Shown piece after piece: positions 26,441 to 43,815 of a stretch of DNA of 64,000 nt. This DNA is from the human T2T-CHM13v2.0 reference genome, Homo sapiens. The stretch lies in NCBI RefSeq assembly GCF_009914755.1, contig NC_060933.1; one strand, written 5' to 3'. The notes below the pieces were generated by a model. The model was not told the DNA's origin, ran no database searches, and saw nothing but the letters and a program-made list of their open reading frames with translations. The translations under genes were made by a program, and so were the position numbers. Within the stretch, counting starts at the first letter, position 1. The number at the start of each line of letters is the position of its first letter.

Positions 26441-28067
26441 AATTATGTAATTCACTAATAAATTTTGAATATTCCAATGCTACTACTGATAAGAAAGTTA
26501 AAAATATTTATTTTTACTACAACAGATTCAAGTTGTCAGTCTGAATATTTCATTTCACAGTATTTATTTAAATTCCTTCTACACTGATTATTTTCTCTTT
26601 TTAAGGATAGCTTCTGGTTTTTTGTTTTGTTTTTTCCATCCTCCTACTACCTGACCCCCTGGCCCTTTTATCTTGGAAAGAAGCAAATTTCTTACAGACA
26701 TTTTCTTCCTACAGGTATTGTGGTCTCTCCAGAAGCAGACTTAAAAACAGGTATAAATACACAGTGGTAACTTGTGCAAGTAGGCAAGGCTAACCTTCCT
26801 TGAAACTATGGTCTCATTTCCAGAATTTTGCGGAAACCCTGCCTTCACCCCCACATCTTTCTGGTGATGATAATTCCATTAGCAAGTGGAGTGCTGAATT
26901 TCACAATCAGAAATGTGGTTTTAAATATAAATCCTAGCAAGATAAATTGTAATTTTATTTAAATTTCATTTAAGGTCTCAGTGACTTCTCATCTGCTTTT
27001 CTGTAAATATGTCTGAAGGTCGGAAACGATGCCCTGGGCAGGCAGAGCCAAGGCAGATGCTGGAGGAATAGAAGTGCCCCTGCATCAACATTTTGCTGAG
27101 AGTTGGACTTACTATTCAAGTGTAACCCTCAGAGCCTTTGTTCAGTACCTTGCTGTAGTGCAATAACATGAGAAGCTGCCATGAAAAAGTGCTGGTACTT
27201 TCTATATAGTGTCTATTAGTGGAAACTGTTTGCCGTGGGGCAGATCTTTGTTTTCAGAAGACTTATTAAAACAGCCTCCTTAGTTAAGAAATATTAATAT
27301 ATAGACATTAATTGTTCTTGTAGAATAGTATGAGAGAACTTTTGTGGCTTCCTAAAGGCTGCCCCACCCATACCTCTTGGAAGACTAAACTCAGACATCT
27401 CTGGGGTGGGCAAATTTACAAACCAAGGAGGCCAAGGAGTTTCCGGGGAGAAAAGGAATGGAGACCTGACCTTTCCCTTTGGGAAAGTAAGGACATTATA
27501 ACTGCTGATGACTTCAAATGGTATCAACTCAGGTCTGAAAAAAATGTTTTTTTTAAGGAAAAGAAAAAAGAAAGATACCAAGAACTGCCACTGAGGAACT
27601 TACCTTAAGGGAAGGGAGGGTACCAGTATAAAGAAGTGATCCCAATGGAAACTGTGCCCTTACCATTGAAAGCCTGCCTAAAGATTCACAAACACTGGCG
27701 CCTAGGCCTAAAGTGACATGGGACAAACACGTCTGAGCTTAACAGTGGAGAGAAAGATCTCTTTTTTCTCTTTCAGTGTTCCTAGGAGCCTCCTTTATAC
27801 CGAAGGACAGAGACAGTATCATTCTGTGCAAGCTCTTGTGTTTACAATGAAACACCCTGTGGTAGCCACAAAAACAACATGATCAAACCTTGGGTACTCA
27901 CCCATGGCCAGATCAGAGTCCCTAGTTCTCCCTATTTCTATAAAGAGTTGGAGCCTAAACCTATCTTCTGTAGATTGAGTAAGCCCATGGAGAACTAAGG
28001 TTTCTGGGGTAAAAAGTGTCCTAAGAGAGAGACTAGATTTTCTACTAATCTAGGCAGAGATATGAGT

Positions 28068-28490
28068 AAAGAAAATGTGGCACATATACACCACAGAATA
28101 CTATGCAGCCATAAAAAAAAAGTAAGAGATCATGTCCTTTGCAGGGACATGGATGAAGCTGGAAACCATCATTCTCAGCAAATTAACACAGGAACAAAAA
28201 ACCACACACTGCATGTTCCCACTCCTAAGTGGGAGTTGAACATTGAGAACACATAGACACAGGGAGGTGAACATCACACACTGGGGCCTGTGAGGGGGTG
28301 GGGGGGGAAGGGGACACGCAGCATAAGGAGAAATACCTAATGTAGATGACGGGTTGATGGGTGCAGCAAACCACCATGGTACATGTAAACCTTTGAAACA
28401 AACCTGCACATTCTGCACATGTATCCCAGAACTTAAAGTATAATAATACTTTTTAAAATGCACTGCAAAAAAAAAGACATTTCAAAAAAA
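28068..28490 (+). mobile_element. L1PA7-like 3' end
   Basis: 'cctaatgtagatgacgggttgatgggtgcagcaaaccaccatgg...tatcccagaacttaaagtataat' plus an A-rich tail. Confidence 0.88.
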
Positions 28491-29543
28491 AAAAAGAAAA
28501 TATAAATAAGACTGGCAGCCAAGATGGCCGAATAGGAACAGCTCCGGTCTACAGCTCCCAGCGTGAGCGACACAGAAGACGGGTGATTTCTGCATTTCCA
28601 TCTCACGTACTGAGTTCATCTCACTAGGGAGTGCCAGACAGTGGGCGCAGGACAGTAGGTGCAGTGCACCGTGCGCCAGCAGAAGCAGAGCAAGGCATTG
28701 CCTCACTCTGGAAGCTCAAGGGATCAGGGAGTTCCCTTTCCTAGTCAAAGAAAGGGGTGACAGACGGCACCTGGAAAACTGGGTCACTCCCACCCTAATA
28801 CTGCGCTTTTCCGATGGGCTTAAAAAACGGTGCACCAGGAGATTATATCCCACGCCTGGCTTGGAGTGTCCTACGCCCACGGAGTCTCACTGACTGCTAG
28901 CAAAGCAGTCTGAGATCAAACTGCAAGGTGGCAGCCAGGCTGAGGGAGGGGCACCCACCATTGCCCAGGCTTGCTTAGGTAAACAAAGCAACTGGGAAGC
29001 TCAAACTGGGTGGAGCCCACCACAGCTCAAGGAGGCCTGCCTGCCTCTGTAAGCTCCACCTCTGGGGGCAGGGCACAGACAAACAAAAAGGCAGCAGTAA
29101 CCTCTGCAGACTTAAAAGTCCCTGTCTGACAGCTTTGAAGAGAGCATGGTTCTCCCAGCATGCAGCTGGAGATCTGAGAACAGGCAGACTGCCTCCTCAA
29201 GTGGGTCCCTGACCCCTGACCCCCGAGCAGCCTAACTGGAAGGCACCCCCCAGCAGGGGCAGACTGACACCTCACATGGCCAGGTACTCCTTTCAGACAA
29301 AACTTCCAGAGGAACGAGCAGACAACAGCATTCGTGGTTTATGAAAATCCACTGTTCTGCAGGCACCGCTGCTGATTCCCAGGCAAACAGGGTCTGGAGT
29401 GGACCTCTAGCAAACTCCAAGAGACCTGGAGCTGAGGGTCCTGTCTGTTAGAAGGAAAACTAACAAACAGAAAGGACATCCACACAAAAAACCCACCTGT
29501 ACATCACCATCATCAAAGACCAAAAGTAGATAAAACCACAAAG

Positions 29544-30560
29544 ATGGGGAAAAAACAGAACAGAAAAACTGGAAACTCTAAAAAGCAGTGCGCCTCTCCT
29601 CCTCCAAAGGAACGCAGTTCCTCACCAGCAACAGAACAAAGCTGGATGGAGAATGATTTTGACGAGCTGAGAGAAGAAGGCTTCAGACGATCAAACTACT
29701 CCAAGCTACAGGAGGAAATTCAAACCAAAGGCAAAGAAGTTAAAAACTTTAAAAAAAATTTAGAAGAATGTATAACTAGAATAACCAAAACAGAGAAGTG
29801 CTTAAAGGAGCTGATGGAGCTGAAAGCCAAGGCTCAAGAACTACATGAAGAATGCAGAAGCCTCAGGAGCCGATGCCATCAACTGGAAGAAAGGGTATCA
29901 GTGATGGAAGATGAAATGAATGAAATGAAGTGAGAAGGGAAGTTTAGAGAAAAAATAATAAAAAGAAATGAACAAAGCCTCCAAGAAATATGGGACTATG
30001 TGAAAAGACCAAATCTACATCTGATTGGTGTACCTGAAAGTGATGGGGAGAATGGAACCAAGTTGGAAAACACTCTGCTAGATATTATCCAGGAGACCTT
30101 TCCCAATCTAGCAAGGCAGGCCAACATTCACATTCAGGAAATACAGAGAACGCCACAAAGATACTCCTCGAGAAGAGCAACTCCAAGACACATAATTGTC
30201 AGATTCACCAAAGTTGAAATGAAGGAAAAAATGTTAAGGGCAGTCAGAGAGAAAGGTCGGGTTACCCACAAAGGGAAGCCCATCAGACTAACAGTGGATC
30301 TCTCAGCAGAAACACTACAAGCCAGAAGAGAGTGGGGGCCAATATTCAGCATTCTTAAAGAAAAGAACTTTCAACCCAGAATTTCATATCCAGCCAAACT
30401 AAGCTTCATAAGTGAAGGAGAAATAAAATACTTTACAGACAAGCAAATGCTGAGAGATTTTGTCACCACCAGGCCTGCCCTAAAAGAGCTCCTGAAGGAA
30501 GCACTAAACATGGAAAGGAACAACCAGTACCAGCCACTGCAAAATCATGCCAAATTGTAA
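29544..30560 (+). pseudogene. L1 ORF1p with premature stop
   Basis: MGKKQNRKTGNSK...PLQNHAKL; in-frame TGA at 29931-29933 (probable CGA>TGA). Confidence 0.95.
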
Positions 30561-30623
30561 AGACCATCAAGGCTAGGAAGAAACTGCATCAACTAACTAG
30601 CAAAATAACCAGCTAACATCATA

Positions 30624-34445
<3,822 letters not shown>

Positions 34446-34704
34446 ACAATGAGAACACATGGACACAGGAAGGGGAACATCACACTTTGGGGACTGTTGT
34501 CGGGTTGGGGGAGGGGGGAGGGATAGCATTAGGAGATATACCTAATGCTAAATGATGAGTTAATGGGTGCAGCACACCAGCATGGCACAAGTATAAATAT
34601 GTAACTAACCTGCACATTGTGCACATGTTCCCTAAAGCTTAAAGTATAGTAATAATAAAATTAAGAAAAAAGAAAACATAAATGAAAATAATTTTTAAAA
34701 TATA

Positions 34705-35046
34705 TAGTCATGTGCCATGTAAAAACATTTTAGTCAACAATAGAGCACATATACTGACAGTAGTCACATAAGATGATAATGCATATTTTAACTGTACCTT
34801 TTCCATGTTTAGATGTGTTTAGATACGCAAATGCTTACCACTGTGTTACAACTGCCTTCAATATTCACTACAGTAACATGTTGTACAGACTTGTAGCCCA
34901 GGAGTGACAGAGTATTCCATACAGCCTAGGTGTGTAATAGGCTATACTGTCATCTAGGTTTGGGTACGTATACTCTCTGACGTTCACAGACAATGACAAA
35001 AAAGTCCCACATTTCTCAAAATTTATCCTTAAGTGATATATGACTA
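34705..35046 (+). mobile_element. Tigger3a (MER7A-like) DNA transposon
   Basis: Ends (c)agtcatgtg...atatgact; internal 'actgtaccttttccatgtttagat', 'agcctaggtgtgtaataggctatac'. Confidence 0.85.
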
Positions 35047-35089
35047 TGTATGTAACCTCAAATCTAATGCAGACTAGTGAACGAGATTA

Positions 35090-35632
35090 TGCAGAAAAAA
35101 ATTAACATAGCAAGCCTGAGACTGCTACCCTCAGAAAGACCTGCTTGCAAGCTAAGCCCCTGGCTGGCATCTAGGGACTTGAATTTCAGGAATGTTTCCA
35201 CGACCCTAACTGACAAGAGTGGTTCATTGTGCCTAAACTGCAAATGGCTTATGCCGAATACTTGCTTCCCTTCTGCAAGTCTCAAGCTTTAGTATATGCT
35301 AAGTAGAGAGTGTGTATGTGACCAGCCCCCAGTAAAAATCCTGGGTACTGAGTTCCTAATGAACATCCCTTGGGAGATGACAGTTCACATGTGTCATCAC
35401 AACTTGTTTCTGGAGGAATTAAGTGTATCTTGCGTGAATACTGGGAAACTTTTGGAAACTTGCTCCTGGTTTCCTCTGGAGTTTGCCCATACACCTATTC
35501 CCTCTATTGATTTTGCTTTGGATCCCTTCATGGTCATAAATCATGGCCATGAGTACAACTACATGCTGAGTCCTGAGAGTCCTCCTAGGTAGTTACCAAA
35601 CCCAAGGGCGTGGTCTAGAGGAACCCAACACA
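35090..35632 (+). mobile_element. MER21-like solo LTR
   Basis: 'tgcagaaaaaaattaacatagcaagcctgagactgcta...gcctaaactg...gaacccaacaca'. Confidence 0.75.
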
Positions 35633-36641
35633 CAAGGAGAGCACACAAATAATACCAATCAAATTTCTTTCAGTCATATGGGATGCCACTTTTTCAACTT
35701 GATTCTGGAATTTTAGCTGGATATTTCCATTAACATTTTTCTTTAAAGATTTCCTCATGTTTATGCAGTTATTGTCTTCTTTTTACACAAAGAAACTGTG
35801 TTCTTTTTTCTTACATATATACAGGGTTAATTTTTTATCATATTAAAGCTTTCTATTTCAACGTCAAGTAATCTGAACTGTAGGGATTTTAGAAGAAATC
35901 TAGTACTACTCACTCATTTCATGAAGAACCTGAGCCCACAGCGGAAGAAATTTAAGGCTTCAACTGGCTTTAGAAATGAGCCCTCTGGATATGTGGGGTT
36001 TTGTAAACCATTTAAACCCTAAACATAAGGTCACCATATTATAGAATTTTTAGTTGCTATATTAAAGCAAGAAAATAATTGACATGTAGTATATTTTATA
36101 GCAGGAAATTTTGCTTTTGCTCTGAAGTTGACCCAATTGTGTTAGGAATTCAAGAAAATCTGTTGATATGTGATATCAACAGTCTAAAAGCTTCTGTAAA
36201 TAATCAAATCAACGCCAAAATAAAATCTCACCCAAAGTAGTCCAACTTCTTTCACTAAATGCACTTTTTTTTTTTCACTCTTACACTAACTTAAGTGATT
36301 ATAACAATCAAAGGCTGACTCTGTGTACTTTAATCATATTACAGTTTTACCAGTCTCCTCTTCCTTTTCTTGGTCTCCAAACTACAGGAAGGCAAGTCTT
36401 CTATGCCACCCAGAGTCAGTAAAAGTGTGGCTAAAAAGTACCTATTGTTACTAGGTCTTCTCTTTGGTGAATTGTCTTGACTCTTATTGATATTAGAATT
36501 AAATTTTAAATTATTTTAAGGGAAGGAAAAAAATGTTGATCCAATGAAAATTCATTTTGCATCCAATCATTTGAAAAATTATAGTTTCATAGTGATCTTT
36601 CCTTCCTCTGGTTTTGAACAAGATTTATGAAAAACACAATA

Positions 36642-36821
36642 CTATATTTCACCAATTCTAAGACTGAAATATGTTTTTATCAAATTTTAACATCTCTCAA
36701 ATGAGGATCCATTTTACAATCAATGGCATGTCATAGGTTTAATTGGCAGCACTTTTTTTCTTGGTAGTATGTTTAAAAAATAGCATCTTATAAATATACT
36801 TGATCATAAGGTGAAATATGG
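36642..36821 (+). mobile_element. MER104 (TcMar-Tc2) DNA transposon
   Basis: TA-flanked inverted ends ta|ctatatttcacc ... ggtgaaatatgg|ta; internal 'ttttaacatctctcaaat', 'acaatcaatggcatgtcataggtttaattggcagca'. Confidence 0.8.
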
Positions 36822-36857
36822 TAGATATGTTTAAAGCACCTGTGAATTCAAGTAAAA

Positions 36858-37355
36858 TGTGCTGCTGGATATCTTCCTGTCACCCTTCTAGCTTCACTTT
36901 CCCTTTTCCATCTTGCTAGTAGCCCTGGGAAGCTGACTTATGGTGGATGGCATCAACCTGGTTCCCTTGCCCTACTGCATTTGGTTGGATTTGGCAAATG
37001 GGAGGCACCGGTAGGAGTGGGAGAGCAGGAAGAGGGTGACAGAGACATATATTCCTATCCCTCACCCATTAGCTTCTACAGGGTCATGGAGGTTAGCCAG
37101 ATCTCCCTACTGAATGCCCAGGCTTTGCTGTCAGTCCAGCTATCCCTCTCCAGGTGTTAACTGTTCTCTCTCCTTGCCTCTTGAGATCTAGGGTTAGTGC
37201 CCTCTCCAGGTGTTATTAGCCTAGAGGCACTGCACCGTCTCTTATTGCTTTTCTAAACAATGTCTGCATATTTATAAATAAGCCCTTTATTAATCTCTTC
37301 TCAAATTTCCAATTTGAATATGCCATCTGTTTCTACCAGGGCCCTAACTGATACA
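36858..37355 (+). mobile_element. LTR33-like ERVL solo LTR
   Basis: TG...CA ends; 'ttggcaaatgggaggcacc', 'taaataagccctttattaa', 'tgccatctgtttc...ctaactgataca'. Confidence 0.7.
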
Positions 37356-37373
37356 AAAGTGCCTTAATCCTTT

Positions 37374-37522
37374 CTTCTCATGGAGCAGCAGCATCTATAT
37401 CAGCTGAGAGCTCGTTAGAAATGTAGACTCCTGGGCCCCTCCTAGACCTACTGAGACAGAATCTGCATCTTAATAGGTTCCCCAAAGGACTGGGATGGAC
37501 ATTAAAGTTTGAAAAGCACTGG
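37374..37522 (+). mobile_element. MER5A/B hAT fragment
   Basis: 'gagctcgttagaaatgtagactcctgggcccctcctagacctactga...aagtttgaaaagcactgg'. Confidence 0.75.
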
Positions 37523-39029
37523 TTTAACACATCAGTAGATGTAATAAAATCTAGCATCAGAATGTTAATGGCTTATTAAGAGACTATTATCTGGTCCCCA
37601 TTGTCCACTGGGGGATGCTTCTCCAGCCCTTCTTTCATTATTTCAACCAAAAAGATAAAAAAAAATCTAAAATGAAAATGTTCTTGTTTGGAAAAGTTGA
37701 AGAATCTTGTGTAAAGATTTGTTGATTTTCATCTTCAAAATAATATCATTTTAAAATCAGTGAACATTTGGAAGAAACAGAGGAAAACCACGCTTCCAGA
37801 TATAGTTTTGAATAATAACTAGGTCCACCTATGCCAAACACCATTAAGAAAATGAAAAAAAGTAGAGCTAACTGGACAAAAATCTTTGTCATATTGCATA
37901 AAATTATTGGTAATTGGAGCCTCATTTGTTAGCACTAAGCTATTCATATTGATTTTTCTATCTCTGCAAACTGGAAGTTTGGGACACAGAATGAAGAAAT
38001 AATTGTAAACAAGATCTCTCTGCCTGAAGGAAAAAAAAGAACATTTCGTCAAAGTAAGAACACAATCCTCGATAATTTTCGACACTTGTCTGGCTGCAGA
38101 AAGCAAGGCCGAATCTGCAGGAGGCTTTAAAACCCTGTGAATTTGCTGGTCTGTTTAAAACACTTCACACATTATTCAAAGGAAAAATCAGATGTGCTAT
38201 GTATGCAGATAGACTTAAAGCCTTCCTTCCAGGTTAAAGAAATTTATGGGAATGCAGTTTAAGTTATTCATCCTCTTTACCATATAAGATTACCTCACTT
38301 TGCACCAGGTGTTCTTGAAAATAATCTGAAACTTCCCCATATTAAAGGAAAAATGTTTGATTTATAGCTTGGGTTTAAACCTATAATGAGGCATTCCATT
38401 CTGAGTGATCTCATATACTCAAAGCAATAATAACCCCAGGGTGTCAGTGTACGGGAAGCCCTGCCTAGATGGACATTCTGTAGGGTCTGTGTCAGCCCTT
38501 TTTCTCCCTGCTCAGATTTGCTGGGGAGTGTGGTTCCTGGGGACCCGAGAGGTGGCTTGTCTGAAGGTGAATCACCTAATTTTTAGTGTGTCAATCTTGA
38601 ACAGCCCCCATGACTTCTACCCTCACCAGCCACCCCCCACCTCCCCTGCCCTACCACCATCTTTCTTTTATCTAGTTGGTAGAGTACAAGAAAACAAAGT
38701 TAGGTCTCCCATCTCTGAACGTCAGACTAACAATCATGTGGTGAGAGACACACGGTTAGGGCTGGAAAAAACAAAGACACAAGTGAAGCAAGTAATTCTG
38801 GGTTCAACTTGTGGCTCTATTACATTAGCTGTTTGGCTAATGTGACATGCCTGGCAGCCACCCTACCATGAGCTCCATCCTCAGAGTTTTGGGGGCATAG
38901 AACCCTCTTTTGCAATGCAGTATCTCCATGTCTTTTTGCTGATCTTTGGCCAAGTCATCTGGGGCTCTCCCCCAGGACTGGTCAAGAAATCACTCCAGGT
39001 CTTTCAAACCCCATAGTTCTAGGGAACCA

Positions 39030-39260
39030 GGCAGCATGGCATGGTGATGAAGAACAGACTCTATGCCCGCACTCCCTGGAGCCAAATCCTGGCTGCACCA
39101 TTTACCAGCTGTGAAAAGTGACTTCAATTCTCTGTGCCTCCATTTCCTCAATGGAAACAGAATTATTACTGTTCACAGGACTGTTTGAGCATTAAATGAT
39201 TAATAGTAAAATGCACATAAAATAGTGCTTGGCAAGTAAAAGAGAGCTATTTATATTTGT
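39030..39260 (+). mobile_element. MIR SINE
   Basis: 'gcagcatggcatggtgatgaagaacagactct...ttctctgtgcctccatttcctca'. Confidence 0.8.
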
Positions 39261-39614
39261 TATGATGATGATTATTATGTTCATTAAAAGTAGATTGCCA
39301 GATAAATATCTTGACATGCTGAAACTTAGCTTCACTAGTTTTTAACTGAAATGTCCACTTTTTAAATTTTGGTTAATATTTCTATAATTATTCTATATTG
39401 GTTATAAAAATTTGTAAAATATGGCATTATTAACATTTTGGTATATTTGCTTTCAAGTCATTTTTTTTCTCTGAACACGTTGTGAAATGCATACATATGT
39501 GTATCCATTATATTAAACAGCATATATATACTCTTGCCTTTTGCCTATTTTCAATTATTCTTCATAAACTATAATGCTTTGATGAATGGTCTTCTATATA
39601 AATTTTTATGCACT

Positions 39615-40290
39615 GACTTCCTCTTTCAATCAAGATGGAGTAACTGCATTCAGATTTACATTTCCACATAAAACAACTAAAGCAATCAGAAAAAAATATA
39701 AAACAATAGTTTCAGCCACTGAACAACAGGCAGCTTGGGATAGCAATCCCTGAGAGAGGGGAAACAAATGAGGTGAACCCTATGATTGCCCCCACTTTTT
39801 GCCTGGAAAGTGATTCCAGACCACATCGTAGGAAAAGAGAATCCAGATGGCAGCCAGTGGTTTTCCTGGTTTGAAGAGACAGGCTTGGGAGTTCTGAGAG
39901 GCTGAGGTTGATTGAGTCTGCATGGCAGTGTTAGAGAAGAGAGAGCTGAACAGAAAGAGTGGTCCAAAGATCTGCGCAGGAACCCCCATTTCCACTCCCA
40001 AATAGCACGTTTGTGTGAGGAAACTATCTGAGGTCAAGGAAAGAACCACCGCAAAGGGGACAGATGAAATAATTCATGCAGCTCACACAGGGCCAGGAAG
40101 AGTCTATATTCCCTCTACCATGTGGAAAAACCTTATGACACCTAAGGTATCAGGAAGAGTGCTTATCAGGTAATCACCTCAGTTGTGGAGCTAAACTAGT
40201 CCTATGCTAAAGGCTGCTGCGGTCCCAGCTAGTAAAGCCTAAAGCAAGGTGTGAAAGGACAAACTGTTTCCAAGGAACTTCATGACATTA
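39615..40290 (+). mobile_element. Old L1M (L1MC/MD-type) 5' region
   Basis: Starts 'gacttcctctttcaatcaagatggagtaac', a typical mammalian L1 5' end. Confidence 0.6.
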
Positions 40291-40635
40291 CTGCTAATAT
40301 TTTCTTATAAATGAAATAAAGAAAATACCCAAGAATAATGCAGTACACCATCCCAAAAGTTCCAAGGAGAAATATTTGGAAGAAGAGAAGCCTATCTTGT
40401 CATGGAGGAGGGGATATTCTGGCCCAATAATGTTAATTAATTCATTTATTCATTCATTCATAAATATAATGAGTATCTACCATGTGCTATGAATCTCCAC
40501 GCATTTTAGCACCAACCAGTGGGGTCACGCCCTTCTCCAAATTCCATTCAGAGAGCTAGTGCTCAGTCACTATTTGAGGAACCAGGATATGGCCCAATTC
40601 CAAAACACCCTCTGGCCAGCCTCTCTGTAAGATGC

Positions 40636-41361
40636 TGTAGGGACAAAAGAAACTTTCCTTCTACCCCTGAAAGCTTGAGAATTTGATTCTATAAAACAAA
40701 TTGACAAAAGACGGACTGACAGGGGAAAAGACATACAAATTTATTAAAATGCAAGTGCACAGAAGTCACACAAAGTATGAAACTCAAAGAAAGGCCAGAA
40801 GGTTGAAACTTAAATACGCTTTTCATAGAGGAGAGGAAAATGGGGGTTGTGGGAAATTTTAGAGGAAGAATCAATTAATTTTAGGGGAAATTAATGGGCC
40901 CAAAGAACATACAATAGCCTGGGACAAAGTTCCTCTGGGCTCTGGGGAAAGTGGCAGCAAGTTATGGGAAGGTGAGGGGCAGAATTGCACTGCAAACAAA
41001 GGTTATCTTATCATGCAGATAAAGTGTCTCAGGTAATGTCCCTCAGGAGAATAGATGAAATTCTGCCCAGATTGGTAAAGGGAGAACTTTAATTTCTTCT
41101 TTGGTGATGAATCTTCCCTGGTTAATGGAGATTTCGGGCAGGAGATTGAAGGCAATTGTGTTTCTTTTGGAAGAACTACCCTCAGTCAGATACGGAAACG
41201 TCAAAGAGAATTCTTTCCTGTGCTTGTGGGGAGAAACAAGGGAAACTTAGAAAGACCCTGATTCTGAGGCAGTTTCCAAGGCACCTCCAATTTCCTTTAA
41301 TTCAAAGTACCCAGCAAGCCAAATCATCACACTTTAGGGTATTGTTTTCTGAGCCCCAACA
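40636..41361 (-). mobile_element. ERV1 (MER4-group-like) solo LTR
   Basis: tgtaggg...gtattgttttctgagccccaaca; minus-strand poly(A) signal (tttatt at ~40740); 4-bp TSD atgc at 40632-40635 and 41362-41365. Confidence 0.8.
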
Positions 41362-42886
41362 ATGCCTGTACAATGAACAGAAAGAAGAGTATCCAATGAA
41401 CACGTCAAACTTGATTTCTTAAGATATGATCAAATTGTGCTTCCTTTGAAGGCTTGATTTATGCTAAACCAACAAAAGGATCTGCCGGTGAAGAACACCC
41501 TGTTATGAAACTCACTGACACACTGTGTCCAAGGCAGAATACATTGAGAGCTCTGCTTTTCTCCTGTTCCTGGATCACACACTCAATAAATGGACTATCC
41601 ATAGTGTGTTGAATTTCTCCCATCTTCTTCATTCCAAAATTGGCTATTAGATGGTTTCAATTTGAGACAATTTTAAGCAATGATTGCATCAGACTAGAAT
41701 CTAATTGGGGCAAAGTAATTTTTGGCAAAATCCCAAGGCAAGAGATTTTTTTATCTGAGAAAATTATATACTAAGGCTGCCAACTCACAATGGAAATCTT
41801 AAGCAGCATTAAACACAATTCTGCCATTGTCCATTTCTATGAACTGTATTTGGTGAGAAGCCACACAGGACAGGGCAGAAGTTACTGGGAATTATTCTGA
41901 AGTTGTCTCAAGACCAAAAAGTAAGATATGTGCCATTTGAAAGAAACTTAATAATAGACTCCAGTCCATTTTCCTAATTCAGGAGCCCAGCATGCACCAT
42001 GAGTCTGCTCAAACAGCTCTCACACCAGAATGCCATTCTCATAGCTCTAAATGTATCCAGACCTTTGACACTTCACTTATTCAAAAGCTTTTGCTGTCTG
42101 CTTAGGTCCTTATGGATCTTCCTCTTCTCTGAATGCCTGCAGATCTTAGAACCCTTAAGCACTTTATGAGGTGTGGTTTCAAAGAAAGCATTCATTGTTC
42201 TCTGGGCATTCTGATAGAGGGTGCCCAGAAAACAAGACCAGGTCCTATGTTTCTCTTGAATTCATCACATCATCCATCATAACAACGGATTCAGTTCAGA
42301 GGCTAACTTCGCTCTTCGTAGTTCTCCAATGGGCTTTCATAGCATCCTGTGCTTAATTCTTTCTCAGCACCTACCATACTGTGCCGTCTTTTCAATGCTT
42401 CTCTCTTTCAATTACTAAATGAGAGTTCCTTTAGGCCTGAGATCATGTCTAGGATGTATTAATATTCCCAGAACATACTGCAAAGTAAAAATTCAATGCA
42501 TACTTATGGAATGTGTATAAATGAGAGAATGGATGCATAAAGAAATGAATTCTAGAAGCTCAGTAACTACTTATTGATCAGTTCATTGACTCTGAGGCAA
42601 GAGAGCAGAAGAAGAGTTGTTTCTGCGCTTAATGAAAGTTGAAGATAATAGGTAACTTAGATCATCCAATTGTAATAAAGGAGAGAAATGAGAAACAAAA
42701 GCAGCCACAGTCAGGTTAAGCCCTGTTAATAATCAAACATAAGATCAGTCTTGCAAGCATACTAGCTTTCATCTTTTGAACAATTGTATGACCTTTCTAC
42801 TCAACCCCCAGGAAATATACCTCTACTACTTTGGAAGGAAATCGAGTCTCTCACCTTCATTTCATCTGGCAGGATTAGGCTAGTAA

Positions 42887-43252
42887 TGTATTTTGGCAGT
42901 GACTGAGAGCCCCACCGACTACGCCATCATCATGCCCAGCCAAAGATAACATCTCCTTCCCTTGTAAGCAGGTGTGGTCAGACAACTAGGTTCTGGCCAG
43001 TGGGGTATTAGCAGAAGGAAGGTATATGACTTCTCGAAAAATTCCTCAAAATAAAGAAGTATGTTCTTTTCTTCCTTTCTTTCCTGTCCCAGAAGTTGCA
43101 ATGTGGAGGAGGACAGAGCAACAGCATGGAAGGAGACTGTATCTCTGATATCAGGCTACATACTAGCCTCTTACATGAAAGAGATAATTCTGTCATTTTT
43201 TTCATTTCATGGTCTTTTGTAACAGCAGCCTAGCTATGTCTTTACTATGACA
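42887..43252 (+). mobile_element. MLT1J-like or LTR16-like old LTR
   Basis: 'gcaggtgtggtcagacaactaggttctggccagtgggg...tgtaacagcagcctagc'. Confidence 0.55.
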
Positions 43253-43379
43253 ACAAGAAACCAGCTGCCACGTTTGTATGTAATAAACCTGCTAAGAGAG
43301 TACTGGAGAAAAGATGAGGAAGAAAATTCACCTTTTTAAAGTGTCTAATATAAATGCTTTTAAAAGTGCCTTGTAGACA

Positions 43380-43815
43380 ATAGGCAGTATGCTAAATGAC
43401 AATCTAACAAAGTACTTATTATGTTTGTCACTTTAAAAGTGAGGAAACTGAAACTCAGAGAAGTCAACTAGCTTGTACAAGGTCATATACCTAGTAAACG
43501 GTGCCAGGTCTGTTTGATTCCAAGGTCCATACTATTTCCCCTTTACAATAGCAATAATAGTAATTGCTAACATTTACTAAGGGCTTATTATGTGTCAAAA
43601 CTTATGCTGAGCATTATACATGAATTACCTCATTTAATTCTCCTGAAAGTCTTTGAAATCAGTATACTATTACACTAATTTTACAGATGAAGAAAGAGGG
43701 CATCAGAGTTGTTATTAATATTACAAATAACTCCCAAGGTTATTAAGCTAGTAAGAGGCAGTGTCATACTTTAAGCAGAGTCTGACTGACTCTAGGGCTC
43801 AAGTCTTACCACCTT
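43380..43815 (-). mobile_element. Two tandem MIR SINEs
   Basis: 'gaggaaactgaaactcagagaagtcaactagcttgtacaaggtca' and 'aattttacagatgaagaaa'. Confidence 0.7.

Noticed and set aside
28887-28961. Antisense ORF0 of the L1PA3 5'UTR
   Set aside because: ATG present at 28961-28959 but a TGA at 28889-28887 ends it after 24 codons
37600-37620. CTCF-like site gtccactgggggatgc
   Set aside because: Mismatches at core positions of the consensus; insufficient evidence
38405-38845. 146-aa ORF
   Set aside because: GTG start, no domain resemblance, runs into a MIR-like end; no splice support
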